A model generated the notes under the pieces. That model did not search any database, had not been told where the DNA came from, and saw nothing but the letters and a program-made list of their open reading frames with translations. Positions 14,201-36,101 of a stretch of 64,000 nucleotides of DNA are shown here, in pieces. The number at the start of each line of letters is the position of its first letter. Position 1 is the stretch's first letter. Made by a program: the position numbers and the translations under genes. Source of the stretch: Piromyces finnis finn. Taxonomy: Eukaryota > Fungi > Neocallimastigomycota. The DNA lies in assembly GCA_002104945.1 (NCBI GenBank), contig MCFH01000001.1, forward strand, positions 496,001 through 560,000, given 5' to 3'.

Positions 14201-14489
14201 AATTATCTCAAGATGCTTTTAAATTATTAATAAATCGTGGTGGTAAATATCATAATTTCAATATTTTTTAATCTTAATAACTTTTATTAATGTAAATATT
14301 ATGAAAAAAAAAAAGGTGAGCGAACTAAAAAGTTAGCAAAATATTTATTATGTAACCCATGGGAAAATGTATATCAAAATTGGCTTTTATCAGAAGGTTA
14401 ATACTTATAATTATTTCTTGAATTGATAAAAATCTTATTCTTTTATTAATTCCTTTTCAATTTTTTAAATTTTAACAGTAGATACTTAA
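9223..14489 (+). CDS. Armadillo/HEAT-repeat protein, 18 exons, with a ~690-aa K/E/N-rich low-complexity insertion; family unassigned
   Basis: One continuous spliced frame from MTFKNPYLNEWK (ATG 9223) to ...NPWENVYQNWLLSEVDT* (TAA 14487-14489). Amphipathic helical ~41-aa units (e.g. LFDNGIIDACIFHLL, LINTGVLESLVIL) flank the 680-aa ORF 10870..12912. Confidence 0.7.
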
Positions 14490-14675
14490 AAATTAAAATT
14501 TCAAGTCAGTATATAAATTCTATCTATAATCCTATTCAATCCAAATTAATTTAATTCTATGTAAATTTTAAATAAATATATAATTCATATGACTCTAATA
14601 AAATCTTTCAATAAATAAAATTTTGTTTTTAAATATTTTTAAATTGTTAAATTCAAAATTTAATTTTAATACAAA

Positions 14676-20656
<5,981 letters not shown>

Positions 20657-21773
20657 TATTCTTATAAATAATTTAAAATCTAACCACATTATATATTTAT
20701 TTCATATTATTTGGTGACAATATAATATACTCATTTTGTTATTACTTTTTTTTAATATTATTTAGTAATAATATATTTTATTATATGTAATGTACAATAC
20801 ATTAATGTATGTATAAACATTTTTAAAATAAAATAATCCTGAATTATCATGACTTTTATCATGAATACTAAATTATTAAAATTTACTATATATTACAGTT
20901 TTTAATATAATTTCATGTATCATACCATTTTGCAATTTTAAACTATTTTTTACAGTTAGATACATAATCTAAAAGTAAAAAATAGTATTTTATATTTTAT
21001 AATTATACTTGGTATTTTTTACAAATTTAATTTTTCAAAGTTCTCTTAAATATTAAAATAGAACTAAATAAAATATACAAATAATAAAAAATTAATATAA
21101 TAAAAAGAACAACAATAAAATATTATTGTTGTTGTTACTGTTATTGTTAATAATAATAGTAGTGTAAGTATTAATTACTATTATACTGTTATTGTTGTTG
21201 TTATACGTATTATTAATTATTGTTATTTTTATTATTATGCTTATAACTATGATTACTATTATAAATATTACAATAGTATAAACTACCTAATCTATATTCT
21301 CTTTTAAATAATACTCCATTATTTATTATAGATATTTAATAATTAAATATTATTAAATATTCTTTTTTTTTTTTTTTTTTTTTTTTTGTTTATACTTAAT
21401 TTTAATTAATATATTAAATAAGAAATATATTGTTTTTAATTTTTATATTAAAATTTCTAATTTTAATTATATATATATATATAGAAATATATTGAATAAA
21501 TTGAACTTTATTTTATCGTGGTGGTAAGATACTCTTTTTTTTTTTTTTTTTATTTCTAAAGAAAGCACATAAATTTATTAACAATATAATAACATTGAAA
21601 ATATCAAAAAAAGAAGAAGAAGAAAAATGAATAAAATTTAATTTCTCTATTAGATTTTTTATAAAAAATTATTATTTTTTATAAAAATAGACATTACTTT
21701 AAAAGAATATATTTTTAATGAATATTTTATTTTTTAATAAATACAAACTTTAAATCAATTTCACATTATATAA

Positions 21774-21807
<34 letters not shown>

Positions 21808-21935
21808 GTCTATACCTTATAATATGAAATTGTTATAAATAACAATAATAATAATAATTTTTTTAATATAATAAAAATATATACGTATATAAAAATAATC
21901 TAATTAGTTGTAATATATATACATAAATAACGACT

Positions 21936-25687
<3,752 letters not shown>

Positions 25688-25780
25688 ATTTTTATATATT
25701 AATTTTACATTAATTATGAAATTATTTAAGGCATATTTAAATTTTTCTATAAACATTTTTAAAAATTATGAAAAAAATTA

Positions 25781-26000
25781 TATATATAATAGATTATATA
25801 ATATTAATTACTTTATAAATATGTTAAAATTCATTATAAATAAATATCATATTTTGTATTATTATTATGTATTTTAATTAACAATTTATATATATATAAT
25901 AGATTATATAATATTAATTACTTTATAAATATGTTAAAATTCATTATAAATAAATATCATATTTTGTATTATTATTATGTATTTTAATTAACAATTTATA
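25781..26000. repeat. Perfect 110-bp tandem duplication downstream of the PUF stop codon
   Basis: 25781-25890 is identical to 25891-26000 (tatatataatagattatata...acaatttata). Confidence 0.92.
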
Positions 26001-26073
26001 AAATTGTATAAGTTAAAAATAAATAATGTAAAATATATATATATAATAGAATTATATTATTCATATTCATATT

Positions 26074-26611
<538 letters not shown>

Positions 26612-27322
26612 TAAAAATTACATTTAGATCAGTAAAATTTATGTTTTGATTTTAACTTTAATATTATAATTAGTTTTTAAAAATAACAATTAAAACAATT
26701 TTTAATTATTTGTTTTATAAATTGGCTTTTATAATAATGTTAATTATCTTGTTTATTTATTAATTAATATATTAAGTAGAATATTAGCAATTTTAAATTT
26801 TCTATAATAAGTATAATTTTTATTATTTTAAGATGATCTACTAAAAATAAAAAATAAAAAAAAAGTAAAAAAAAAAAAAAAAAAACCTTCTTTAATATCT
26901 TTTAATTCAACGTACTTTACAATTATCAATTAAATATATTAAAATTAAAATTTAAAAATTTTAAATTTTAAATTTTAAATTCTATATTTAAATTATTTAA
27001 ATTATAATATTAATAAAATTGTTGTTTAGAAAGCAATTATAATTTTTAAAATTATGATTTAAGATATACTTAATTTATTAGAATCTATCACTTATTTTTT
27101 AAAAAAAAGTATAAAAAGAAGACTATTTTTCTCTTATTTTAAAAATCATTAGTATTATATTTATTAAATATAATATAGATACCAATCTAAAAAATAAAAT
27201 AAAATTTTAAAACAAAAAACGATACTCACTAATTAAATAATTTTTATATTATTATTATAATATAAAATAATTTTTTAATTTTTTAAAAAAAAAAAAATAA
27301 GAAAAAACAATTAAAATCAAAA

Positions 27323-29944
27323 ATGGCCAAGGGAAAGTATACTTCTAAGTTCACTAGCGTTACTGCTGAACTTTTCAATGACTATTATGAAGATACCAAC
27401 ACTGTTATTAGTAAGAAGATGGCTAATAATGCCGCTTCTCAAAAAACTAACAATGTAAGTACCAAACAAAATAAGGCTGTTTTATCTTCTAAACCACAGA
27501 AGAAGCAGAACTTAAAGAAGCAAAACAATTCTGCTAACAAAAAGGTTATTACCCAATCTTTAAAGCAAACTGCTAGTTTCCTTAACAACAAGCAAAAATA
27601 CCAACAAGAATTCCCAACTCTTGGACAATCATACAAGTCACAAACTACTCAAAAACCACAACCACAAATGAAACAACAACAACAACAAATTAAAAAGCAA
27701 CAACCACAAAAGCTTTTCAACAAAACTACTGCTCCAAGAACTTACAGATCTCCAGCTACTTACACCACAAAGCAAACCGAAGAACTTCTTCGCCAATTCT
27801 ATTCACTTTGTCAAAGTTACAATGGTATGAATTACTTTGGTAAAGCCGTTTTCCAAAACTGTTCTTGGTCTAAGAACCAAAATGGTCAATGGTTAAATTC
27901 AGCTTCTGCCCTTGCTTTAAAGAATGCTCCAATTGTTCGTAAAATGCAACGTCAAGCCTCTGTTAAGAAGCAACCAATGAAACAACTCACTCGCCAAGCT
28001 TCTGTTAAGAAGCAACAACCATCCATGAAAATGGGTAAACAACAAGCTGAAAAATTGTTCCTTAATGAATTCAGCGAAATCTCACAATTATTCAATGGAA
28101 TGAGTTACTTCGGTAAATCATCATACCAAGAAAATTCATGGGCTAAGAACCGTCAAGGTCAATGGGTTTCTAAGGCTTCTTCTATTTCTTTAAAGAATGC
28201 CCCAATTGTTCGTAAAGTTCAAACTATTCGTTCACGTCAAGCTTCCGCTAAGAAGCAACCAGTCCAACAAAAGGCTCCAATCCGTCAAGCTCCAGTTAAG
28301 AAGCAACCAGTTCAACAAAAGGCTCCAGTCCGTCAAGCTCCAGTTAAGAAACAACCAGTTCAACAAAGAAAAATGAAAAAGCAACAACGTTCTATGAAGC
28401 CAGTTGTTAACAGTGCTATCACTATGGAACAAAAGCAAATGAACCAAAAAATGATTGTTGCTCAACAAAATGCTTCCATGAAATTACAACAACAAATTCT
28501 TAAGCAATTCAATGAAAAGCAACAACAATTAGAAAAGAAGAAGAAGCTTGAACAACAACAAAAATTAAAGCAACAACAACAATTAAAAATCCAAAAGAAG
28601 AATGCTGAAAAGAAAGCTCAAACTGTTAAGCAACCAACTAACCTTAAGAAGCAACAATTAGAAAAGGAAAAGAAGAGAGTTCAAAAAGCTCAAAAGACTC
28701 TTAACAAAGGAAACAAGTTAAACAACAAGACCAAAAGAAATGTTAGACAAATGTCAAGAAGTCAAGCTAAGAAGCTCCGTAAGAAGCAACAATTAGTTAA
28801 CACTATTAACAAGCGTATTCAAGAATTAGTTGCTGAAAAACAACAAAAGCAACTCTTCAGTCAAATGGTCAAGCAAAAGGCTGAACAAATTTTAGAAGAA
28901 AAGCACGAACTTGCTATTCAAAAGAGCATTGCCCTCTCTAAGAAGGAAGCTCAAGGTAACAAGCTTCGTGAAAAGGAATCATTCGATAAGCAACAAAAAC
29001 AAATTCAAAAGAAGCTTACTAAGCAAAAGAGTCAAATCAAACAAAAGGTCAACAAGAAGAATTCTCAATTAGAAGCCCAAAAGAAGAAGCAATTAGCTGA
29101 ATTAAGAAACAATTTAACTCCAGAACAATTCAACAAAATTCAAAGCATTATGCAACAAAAGGGTAACAACACTAAGGAACAAAACGAAAGACAATTACAA
29201 TCAGAACAAGCCAAGAAGAACTGGCAAGAACAAGTTAGAAAGATGAAGGCTAGACAACAAGATGTTCAACAAAAGCAAGAAAAGCAATCTTTAATGAAGA
29301 AACGTTTAGAAAGTATTAAGAGAAAATTAACTCCAAAACAACAAGAAAACTTAATGAACAAGCTTAAGATAAAGGAACAACAAAAGCAAAAGACTTCTCA
29401 ACTTAAGAACCGTCAACCAAGAGCTAATAACAACAACAAGAAATTTGTTAAGAGAGCCCCAATCAATCAAGCCCCAGTTAAACAAGCTCCAGTTAAGAAG
29501 CAAAACACTAAGCAAATGAACAAGAAGACTGAAGTTTGGACTTTTGTTTCTTACAACAAGAATTCAAAGGTTCAAAAGCCAGTCCAAAAGAATGCCGCTC
29601 CAAAGCCAGTTCAACAAAAGTCTAAGAATGTCAAACAATTCAAGACTATTTTAACTAGAAAGTTCAATGCCTCAGAAACTAAAATGTACAACACTGAATT
29701 CACCGAATTATGTAATGTTTTCGAATCAACCAAATATGTTACTTACTCTAACTACAAGACCTGGAGTATGAACAAGTCTGGTAGATATGTTTCCAACGCT
29801 TCTGTTATTGCAGCTAGAAATGCCCCAAGAATTACTAGAGGATTATCTAAGCAAATGTTCTTTGGTAAAAAGATGAACATGAAGACTCAAAATGTTAAGC
29901 CACAACAAGTTAGAAACAAGAAGAACAACAGATCTAGATGCTAA
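27323..29944 (+). CDS. Intronless 873-aa highly basic K/Q-rich protein with three copies of an unrecognised ~55-aa domain
   Basis: Single 2622-nt ORF with 'aaaATGG' start context, higher GC than its flanks, strong codon bias (AAG, AAC, TTC, TAC, GCT, CCA, GGT) and internal repeats with synonymous divergence. No family recognised. Confidence 0.92.
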   Translation: MAKGKYTSKFTSVTAELFNDYYEDTNTVISKKMANNAASQKTNNVSTKQNKAVLSSKPQKKQNLKKQNNSANKKVITQSLKQTASFLNNKQKYQQEFPTLGQSYKSQTTQKPQPQMKQQQQQIKKQQPQKLFNKTTAPRTYRSPATYTTKQTEELLRQFYSLCQSYNGMNYFGKAVFQNCSWSKNQNGQWLNSASALALKNAPIVRKMQRQASVKKQPMKQLTRQASVKKQQPSMKMGKQQAEKLFLNEFSEISQLFNGMSYFGKSSYQENSWAKNRQGQWVSKASSISLKNAPIVRKVQTIRSRQASAKKQPVQQKAPIRQAPVKKQPVQQKAPVRQAPVKKQPVQQRKMKKQQRSMKPVVNSAITMEQKQMNQKMIVAQQNASMKLQQQILKQFNEKQQQLEKKKKLEQQQKLKQQQQLKIQKKNAEKKAQTVKQPTNLKKQQLEKEKKRVQKAQKTLNKGNKLNNKTKRNVRQMSRSQAKKLRKKQQLVNTINKRIQELVAEKQQKQLFSQMVKQKAEQILEEKHELAIQKSIALSKKEAQGNKLREKESFDKQQKQIQKKLTKQKSQIKQKVNKKNSQLEAQKKKQLAELRNNLTPEQFNKIQSIMQQKGNNTKEQNERQLQSEQAKKNWQEQVRKMKARQQDVQQKQEKQSLMKKRLESIKRKLTPKQQENLMNKLKIKEQQKQKTSQLKNRQPRANNNNKKFVKRAPINQAPVKQAPVKKQNTKQMNKKTEVWTFVSYNKNSKVQKPVQKNAAPKPVQQKSKNVKQFKTILTRKFNASETKMYNTEFTELCNVFESTKYVTYSNYKTWSMNKSGRYVSNASVIAARNAPRITRGLSKQMFFGKKMNMKTQNVKPQQVRNKKNNRSRC
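28235..28369 (+). repeat. 48-nt coding tandem repeat (~2.8 units; RQA[SP][AV]KKQPVQQKAP[IV])
   Basis: Near-identical cgtcaagct...aagaagcaaccagt[ct]caacaaaa units. Confidence 0.9.
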
Positions 29945-30605
29945 ATTGATAAATGTTTAGAAGTGTTTTTTTTTAAATAATAAGTTTTTTGTGTAAAAAA
30001 TTTTTTAACATTATACCATGTTTAATTATTTCTATAATAATATTTTATTTTAATAATTAGACATAAAAAATAAAATTTATATAAAAAAAAAAAAAGATGT
30101 TTTGAATTTTTAGTGTGTATTTTTTGTGTGTTAAAGAAAAGTGAAACTTTATTTTTTTATATTTGTAAGGGTTAGAATTATAAAATCATTAGATAATTTT
30201 AAATTATGAAGTATATAAAAAAAGTATGTGTTTAAGTTAAAAAAAAATATAAAGAAAATTATTCAAAATGGAATATCACAGACAATTAAAAAAATAAAAG
30301 ATTTTATTTTCCTAAAAGCAATTCAACACATGAATATTACTAAAAGTTATTATTTCCACACTATAATAACTAACAAACCACAATTAAATAAAATACCATT
30401 ACAAAATATATTACTATCCTACAACTGCATATTGAAAAACACATAAATAATTCAAGACAAAAAAAAAAAAAAAAAAAAAAAAAACGAGTTAAAAAATTAT
30501 TCAAAAAATCCATTTGAAATTCAATTTAATTTGAATTAATTCATAATATATGGTAAATAAATAGTTAATATATTTATTCGAAATATGATTAATTGATAAA
30601 ATATT

Positions 30606-30614
30606 AGCCAATCA
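30606..30614 (+). promoter_or_regulatory. Putative CCAAT box (AGCCAATCA) ~90 bp upstream of the RPL38 ATG
   Basis: Full NF-Y/HAP consensus in a plausible promoter position. Function is not shown. Confidence 0.4.
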
Positions 30615-30704
30615 AAATATTGTTGATTTTTTGAAAAGAAAATAGGAAATTTACTTAGTTATTTTTCTTTCTCTCACATTTTTGCACGTAGACATTGTAT
30701 TAAA

Positions 30705-31230
30705 ATGGTATATTTTTAATAAAATAAATATATATGTGTTATGAATTTTTTTTATAAATTTAAGAAATGATATTAATCCATCCATACTTTATTTAAATAT
30801 GTGTATTATATAAATAATTTGTATTGTAAATAGCCAAAACAAGTTAAAGAAATCAAGGATTTCCTTATCATTGCCAGACGCAAGGACGCTCAATGTATGA
30901 TATATATGATATAATATTCAATTATTTATATAAAAGTATTCAGTAATAAAGTATTAATATAATTTCGAAATTAATTATATATTATAATAGCTGTCAAGAT
31001 TAAGAAGAACAACAGACAAACCAAGTTCAAGGTTAGATGTTCTAAGTATCTTTACACCCTTGTTGTCAACGACCAATCTAAGGTCAAGAAGCTTAAGCAA
31101 AGTTTACCACCAGGTATGTATAGATAAATATAAGAATTTATAATTATTTATTAAAAAGATGTGGTTATTAATAAATATAATATTATTTTATTATTATTAT
31201 AAAACAGAACTTAAGGTCCAAACCATCTAA
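30705..31230 (+). CDS. RPL38: 60S ribosomal protein L38 (eL38), 4 exons; first coding exon is the ATG alone
   Basis: Spliced [72 protein letters not shown] 30705-30707 is followed by GTATAT. Confidence 0.96.
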
Positions 31231-31683
31231 AATATTTAAAAAAATATTTTTGAAACTGGATAAACGTGCATTTAAATAAATAAATTATTTAAACATAAAT
31301 CAATATAAACAATAATATATATTTATAGTGTGAATAACAGTAATGTTTAAGTGTTGAATTTGGTAATATCAAAAAAGGAATAAATATATGTGAAAAGCAA
31401 TTATAAAAATATTATTTGAGGTTTGAAAAAAGAAGATATTAAATAGATGGGGTATATTTTTTATAAATACTTTTAACCGTAATAATAAAAGTAGGAAATA
31501 AAATGAAGGTAACATTTAGAAATTATATTATACAAATTGTTATTTATTTTAGGTAAAGTTTGGTGTTGATATAGTTAAAAAAAGAATGTTTTGATGTTAC
31601 GAAGGTTAAATTTTATTGAAATCATTTAGTTTTTTTATTTTTCAATAAAAATAAGTTTATTATAAGTAATTTTAAATATTTTT

Positions 31684-32466
31684 TTACAAAGCATTTTCAT
31701 TTTTATCTTCATCAGGATTATATTTAAAAAAATTATGTTGCTTAGCTTCATATGCAGTAATTCTTTTGTTGGGATCGTATATCAAAAGTTTTTGAACCAA
31801 GTCAAGAAATAATTCATAAAATTTATTTTTAGGTGGTATTATTTTCTTTGTTAAATATTAATTGAAAATTAAAAAAAAAAAATAAAAAATAAAAAACAAT
31901 TAGTTTGTTATTTTAGCATTAATTTTTGTATAAAGTTTAGGCTTACATTTAATTGTTTCATCGATTTAACATATTTTTTACTATCATCCGTTGTTTTTTC
32001 ATTGGGGTAATTTAAATCGCCATTTGGTAAAAAAATATCTTTAGTTTCTTCATTATGTACACGTAAATGTTTAGGGATAGGGCCAATAACCTGTTCCATC
32101 ATTGCTAAATGTTCTAAATTATCGTGAGTTTGAAAAAGTGCCGATCCCGTAAAAAATTCAATTAAAATACAACCAACAGACCATATATCACAAGGATACG
32201 ACCAACCTAAATCTTTTTTTTTTTTTTTTTAGTATTATTGCTTTTAACATTATAATATAGTAAAAATATATATATATATTCATATTTAATCAAGGCAAAA
32301 AAAAAAAAAAAAATTACTTAATATAATTTCAGGAGCTCTATAATGTCTAGTACTAACAACCGAACTATGATATTCATCTTCAAATGTTGCACTACCAAAA
32401 TCAATTAATTGAATTTCGGTTGAACGAAGTACCTTGATTTTCTTTGATTTTAATAAAATTAAAAGA

Positions 32467-32509
<43 letters not shown>

Positions 32510-34277
32510 AATAAAATTAATAATATACATAAAATAGTATAGTATATATAATATTATACATAAAAGTAAAATAGTGAAATATATACAATAGTAATCAAAT
32601 AAATACCTTCTTTTTCTTTGATTTATCATCCGTTTTAGATATTGTATCAGATTTATTATTTACAATCATTATATTTTCTTAAAATTTACAAAGGTATTAG
32701 AAATACAGTACGGTAAAATTAAAAGATTTTTTTTTTTTTTTTTTTTTTTAATATTCAAATTAATATAAATACCTGGTTTTAGATCTGTATGTATAAGTTT
32801 TAATGAATGAATAAATTCTACAGAGGTTAATAATTGATAAGCAAAATGTTGAATATGTTTTATTGGGAAAGGATGAAATCCATTTTCTTTCAAATAATCG
32901 AAAGCACTTTGATCCAATAAATCGAATACCATACATATATGCCTTCTATAATCAAAGCAATCTACTAAATGAATACAATTTCTATATATAAAAATTTTAA
33001 AAAATGTTTTAATTTTTATACTTAATATAAGAATTATTTTTTTATTAAATGATGATGATAATTATGATTATTGCAATTAAATTATTTTTAAAAACTTTAC
33101 TTTATGTTACCAGGATCTCTATTTTTTATTGTATTCAATACTCTAATTTCTATCTGTGAAGCATCTCTATATTTCTTAATAGCTCGAATAATTTTTATAG
33201 CACATTCAGATTTTGTATTTTTATCGTATGCTCTGACCACTTTACCAAATGTACCTTGTCCTAATAACTCTTTTATAACATCTAATGTTTTAAGTTCATC
33301 AATTATATAAAAAAAAAAAAATAGTTTAATATTGCTAAACAATTTTTTTTTTTTTTTTTTTTTTTTTTACCATTAATACTTACATCTATCAGTAAATGAT
33401 GTATTTGGAACAACTATATAATGACCGTTCTTATCATCATAAGAATTTTGATTATATTGTTTCGAGCTTCTTGAGTATGAAGTACAAATACTAGATGATG
33501 AAGAATGTGACATAGTCTTTATTATTGATTTTATAAAAAAAAAAATGAATATAATTTTTTGTTTGTTTGTTCATCCATTTTTTAATTTTTGTTGGTTATA
33601 TAATATAAAAACATTTTATATTAAAAAAAATATAAATAAAAAATCATTTCACTTTAATAAAATATGAATAGCTTCAAATGAATATTATATAGTTTAAGTC
33701 TTACTTTTGACGATCTTGATGAGTAATTAGAATATGAAGGATAATAATTTTTTAAAGTATGATGATGAAGATGATCAGATGGTGAATAATATACTCTTTT
33801 TCGTTTTATAGGATAATATATGGATGAATTTGAGTTAGCACTTATTGTAGAAGCTGGAGAAGAAGTATAATTTGAAAAATGGGTAGAAGAATATGGAGAG
33901 TTTGATAATGGTTTCATAAAACTCTTCATTCTTAAAGAGTGTCTTGAATGAGTAGAACTATTGGAATCATAACGTGTTAAATAGTTTGAATATTTATGCC
34001 TTCTATCTCTATCTCTTTCTCCCTCATCATAATCATAATTAGTATTTTTACGTTTACGAGTGTTTGAAAAAGGGTTATTATTTCTATTTTCATTGTAGCT
34101 ATTGTCATTTCTGCTTTTATCTCTATTGTTTTCTGGTATATATCTTGAATTTTCTGAATAGTTAATGTTATCTTGTTTAGATTTTATATGTGGAAATTTA
34201 TTACTGCTTTGATATGAAAATCCTGGATAATATAAATCAGGCTTATTCCTCTTACGAGTAGATCTTCTTAAATACAT
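31684..34277 (-). CDS. LAMMER (CLK/Lkh1/Kns1-type) dual-specificity protein kinase, multi-exon
   Basis: R/S-rich N-terminus; YDDKNGHYIVVPNTSFTDRY, LLGQGTFGKVV, AIKIIRAIKKYRDASQIEIRVL, IHTDLKP, LIDFGSATFEDEYHSSVVSTRHYRAPE, WSYPCDIWSVGCILIEFFTGSALFQTHDNLEHLAMMEQVIG (LAMMER motif). Confidence 0.96.
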
Positions 34278-36101
34278 GTTGTTGTTGTTGTTGTTTTTGA
34301 TTTATTTTTGTTTGATATGAATTATTATGATGAAGATAATTTATTATAATAATTTTAATGTATATATATATTTTTTTACAGTCTTCAAAATTATTAATGA
34401 TTTCAATGTAATTTATAAGCAAATAAATAAATTAACATTTGTATACATAGAATGTATATAGATAGATATATAGATATTGTATTTAATTTTTGTTAAAAAT
34501 TTAATTTATCATACCTATTAATAATGGTTGGAATTTAAAATTAAATTATTATTGTAAATAGACAATATATTTATTTAATGAAAGGATTGATTAAATAATG
34601 AAAAGCAAAATAATAATAATAATAATAGAAATTTATTTCTATATTTTCATTTATAAATTACTGTACAAATATAATATACTATTTTAATATAGTTAATTCA
34701 ATGTAGTAATTGAATATTATTAATAATATTAATACATTAACAAAAAAAAAATATTCTTATTATGGTTAATTCAATAAATTGAAAAATAACAGTAATAATT
34801 ATATTACTAATAATAAAGACATTATTTATAATGTTGACATTAAAAATTTGATAATTGTAAAAGTTTATTGTTTATTCATTGGGAATACTATAATTATTTA
34901 TTATGCTAAATTGTTTAATATCCTTAATACTCAATTATTAAGTCTTAATTATGAAATGATAGTACATTTAAAGTTTTTTTTAAAAAAAAATAATAATTAA
35001 TTAATTAATTAATTAAAATCTATTTAAATTCAATTTACAAATAAATATTTAAAATTGTTTTTTATTTTTTATTTTTTTTTTTATTTTTATAATATATAAA
35101 TTACTTTTTAAATTTTGTTTCTTATTTATATTAAAAATGTTAAGGTCATTTAAAAAAAAAAATGATAATTATTGTTCAATAATCTTATTTATTGTATCGT
35201 AAATATCTTTGTTATTTTTTGAATAAAAAACAAAGATATACATCTAATATAGTAACCACAATGTAACTTCCTTTAATAATAAAGATTATTAACAATTAAT
35301 GTTAAAAAGAGAAATAAACAAAAAAATATATAAAAGATATATTACAAGATAATTATTAATTAAAATGAAATTTGTCGAATAATTAAATAATTTAATTTTA
35401 TCGATTTATTTATCAATTGATACAACAAATTTCTTTTTCAAATTTTTTAATTATAAAATTAATTAATAATAATAAATTAATATATAAACTCAAATTTTTA
35501 ATAAAAAATAAAAGGTATGTCAATCACATTTCTTTTTTTTTTTTTGACTTTGAATAAAAAACAATTATAAAAAAAAAAAAAAAAGTTTCTATTTATTTTT
35601 ATTTACTTATTTATTTAATATAATATTGTTAAAAGTATATTAAAATTATATCTTAAAGATTGAAAAAAAAAAAAGAGAGAGAGAAAGAGAGAGAAAATAA
35701 ATACTTGTAAAAAAAAATATATATATATATTTAAATAATAATAATAATTTATTAGGAATAAGTTGAAAAATAATAATAAAAAATAAATATAAATATATTT
35801 AGAATAAAAAAAAATTAAAATTTAAGGTTAAATTAAATCTTAAATATTATTAGTTTGCCATAATCATTATTATTTTGTTTGTTTTCTGTACATAGTTCAA
35901 ATTATATAAAATTAAAATATAATAGGACTATAATAATATAATGATAATAATAATTATATTTTGCAATAATAAATATATTATTTGTATATAAAGTATTCTA
36001 TCAAAACCAAGATATATTGATATTATTTAATATTTATGATCTTTACTTTTTTTTTTTTTACTCTTATTTAATAATAGTTATGTGAATAAATAAAATGAAT
36101 T

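Noticed and set aside
27866-27892. WSKNQNGQW resembling bacterial cell-wall/choline-binding repeats (HGT idea)
   Set aside because: The match is only a W-x-K-x3-G-x-W fragment, there is no signal peptide, and host-optimal codon usage argues against recent transfer.
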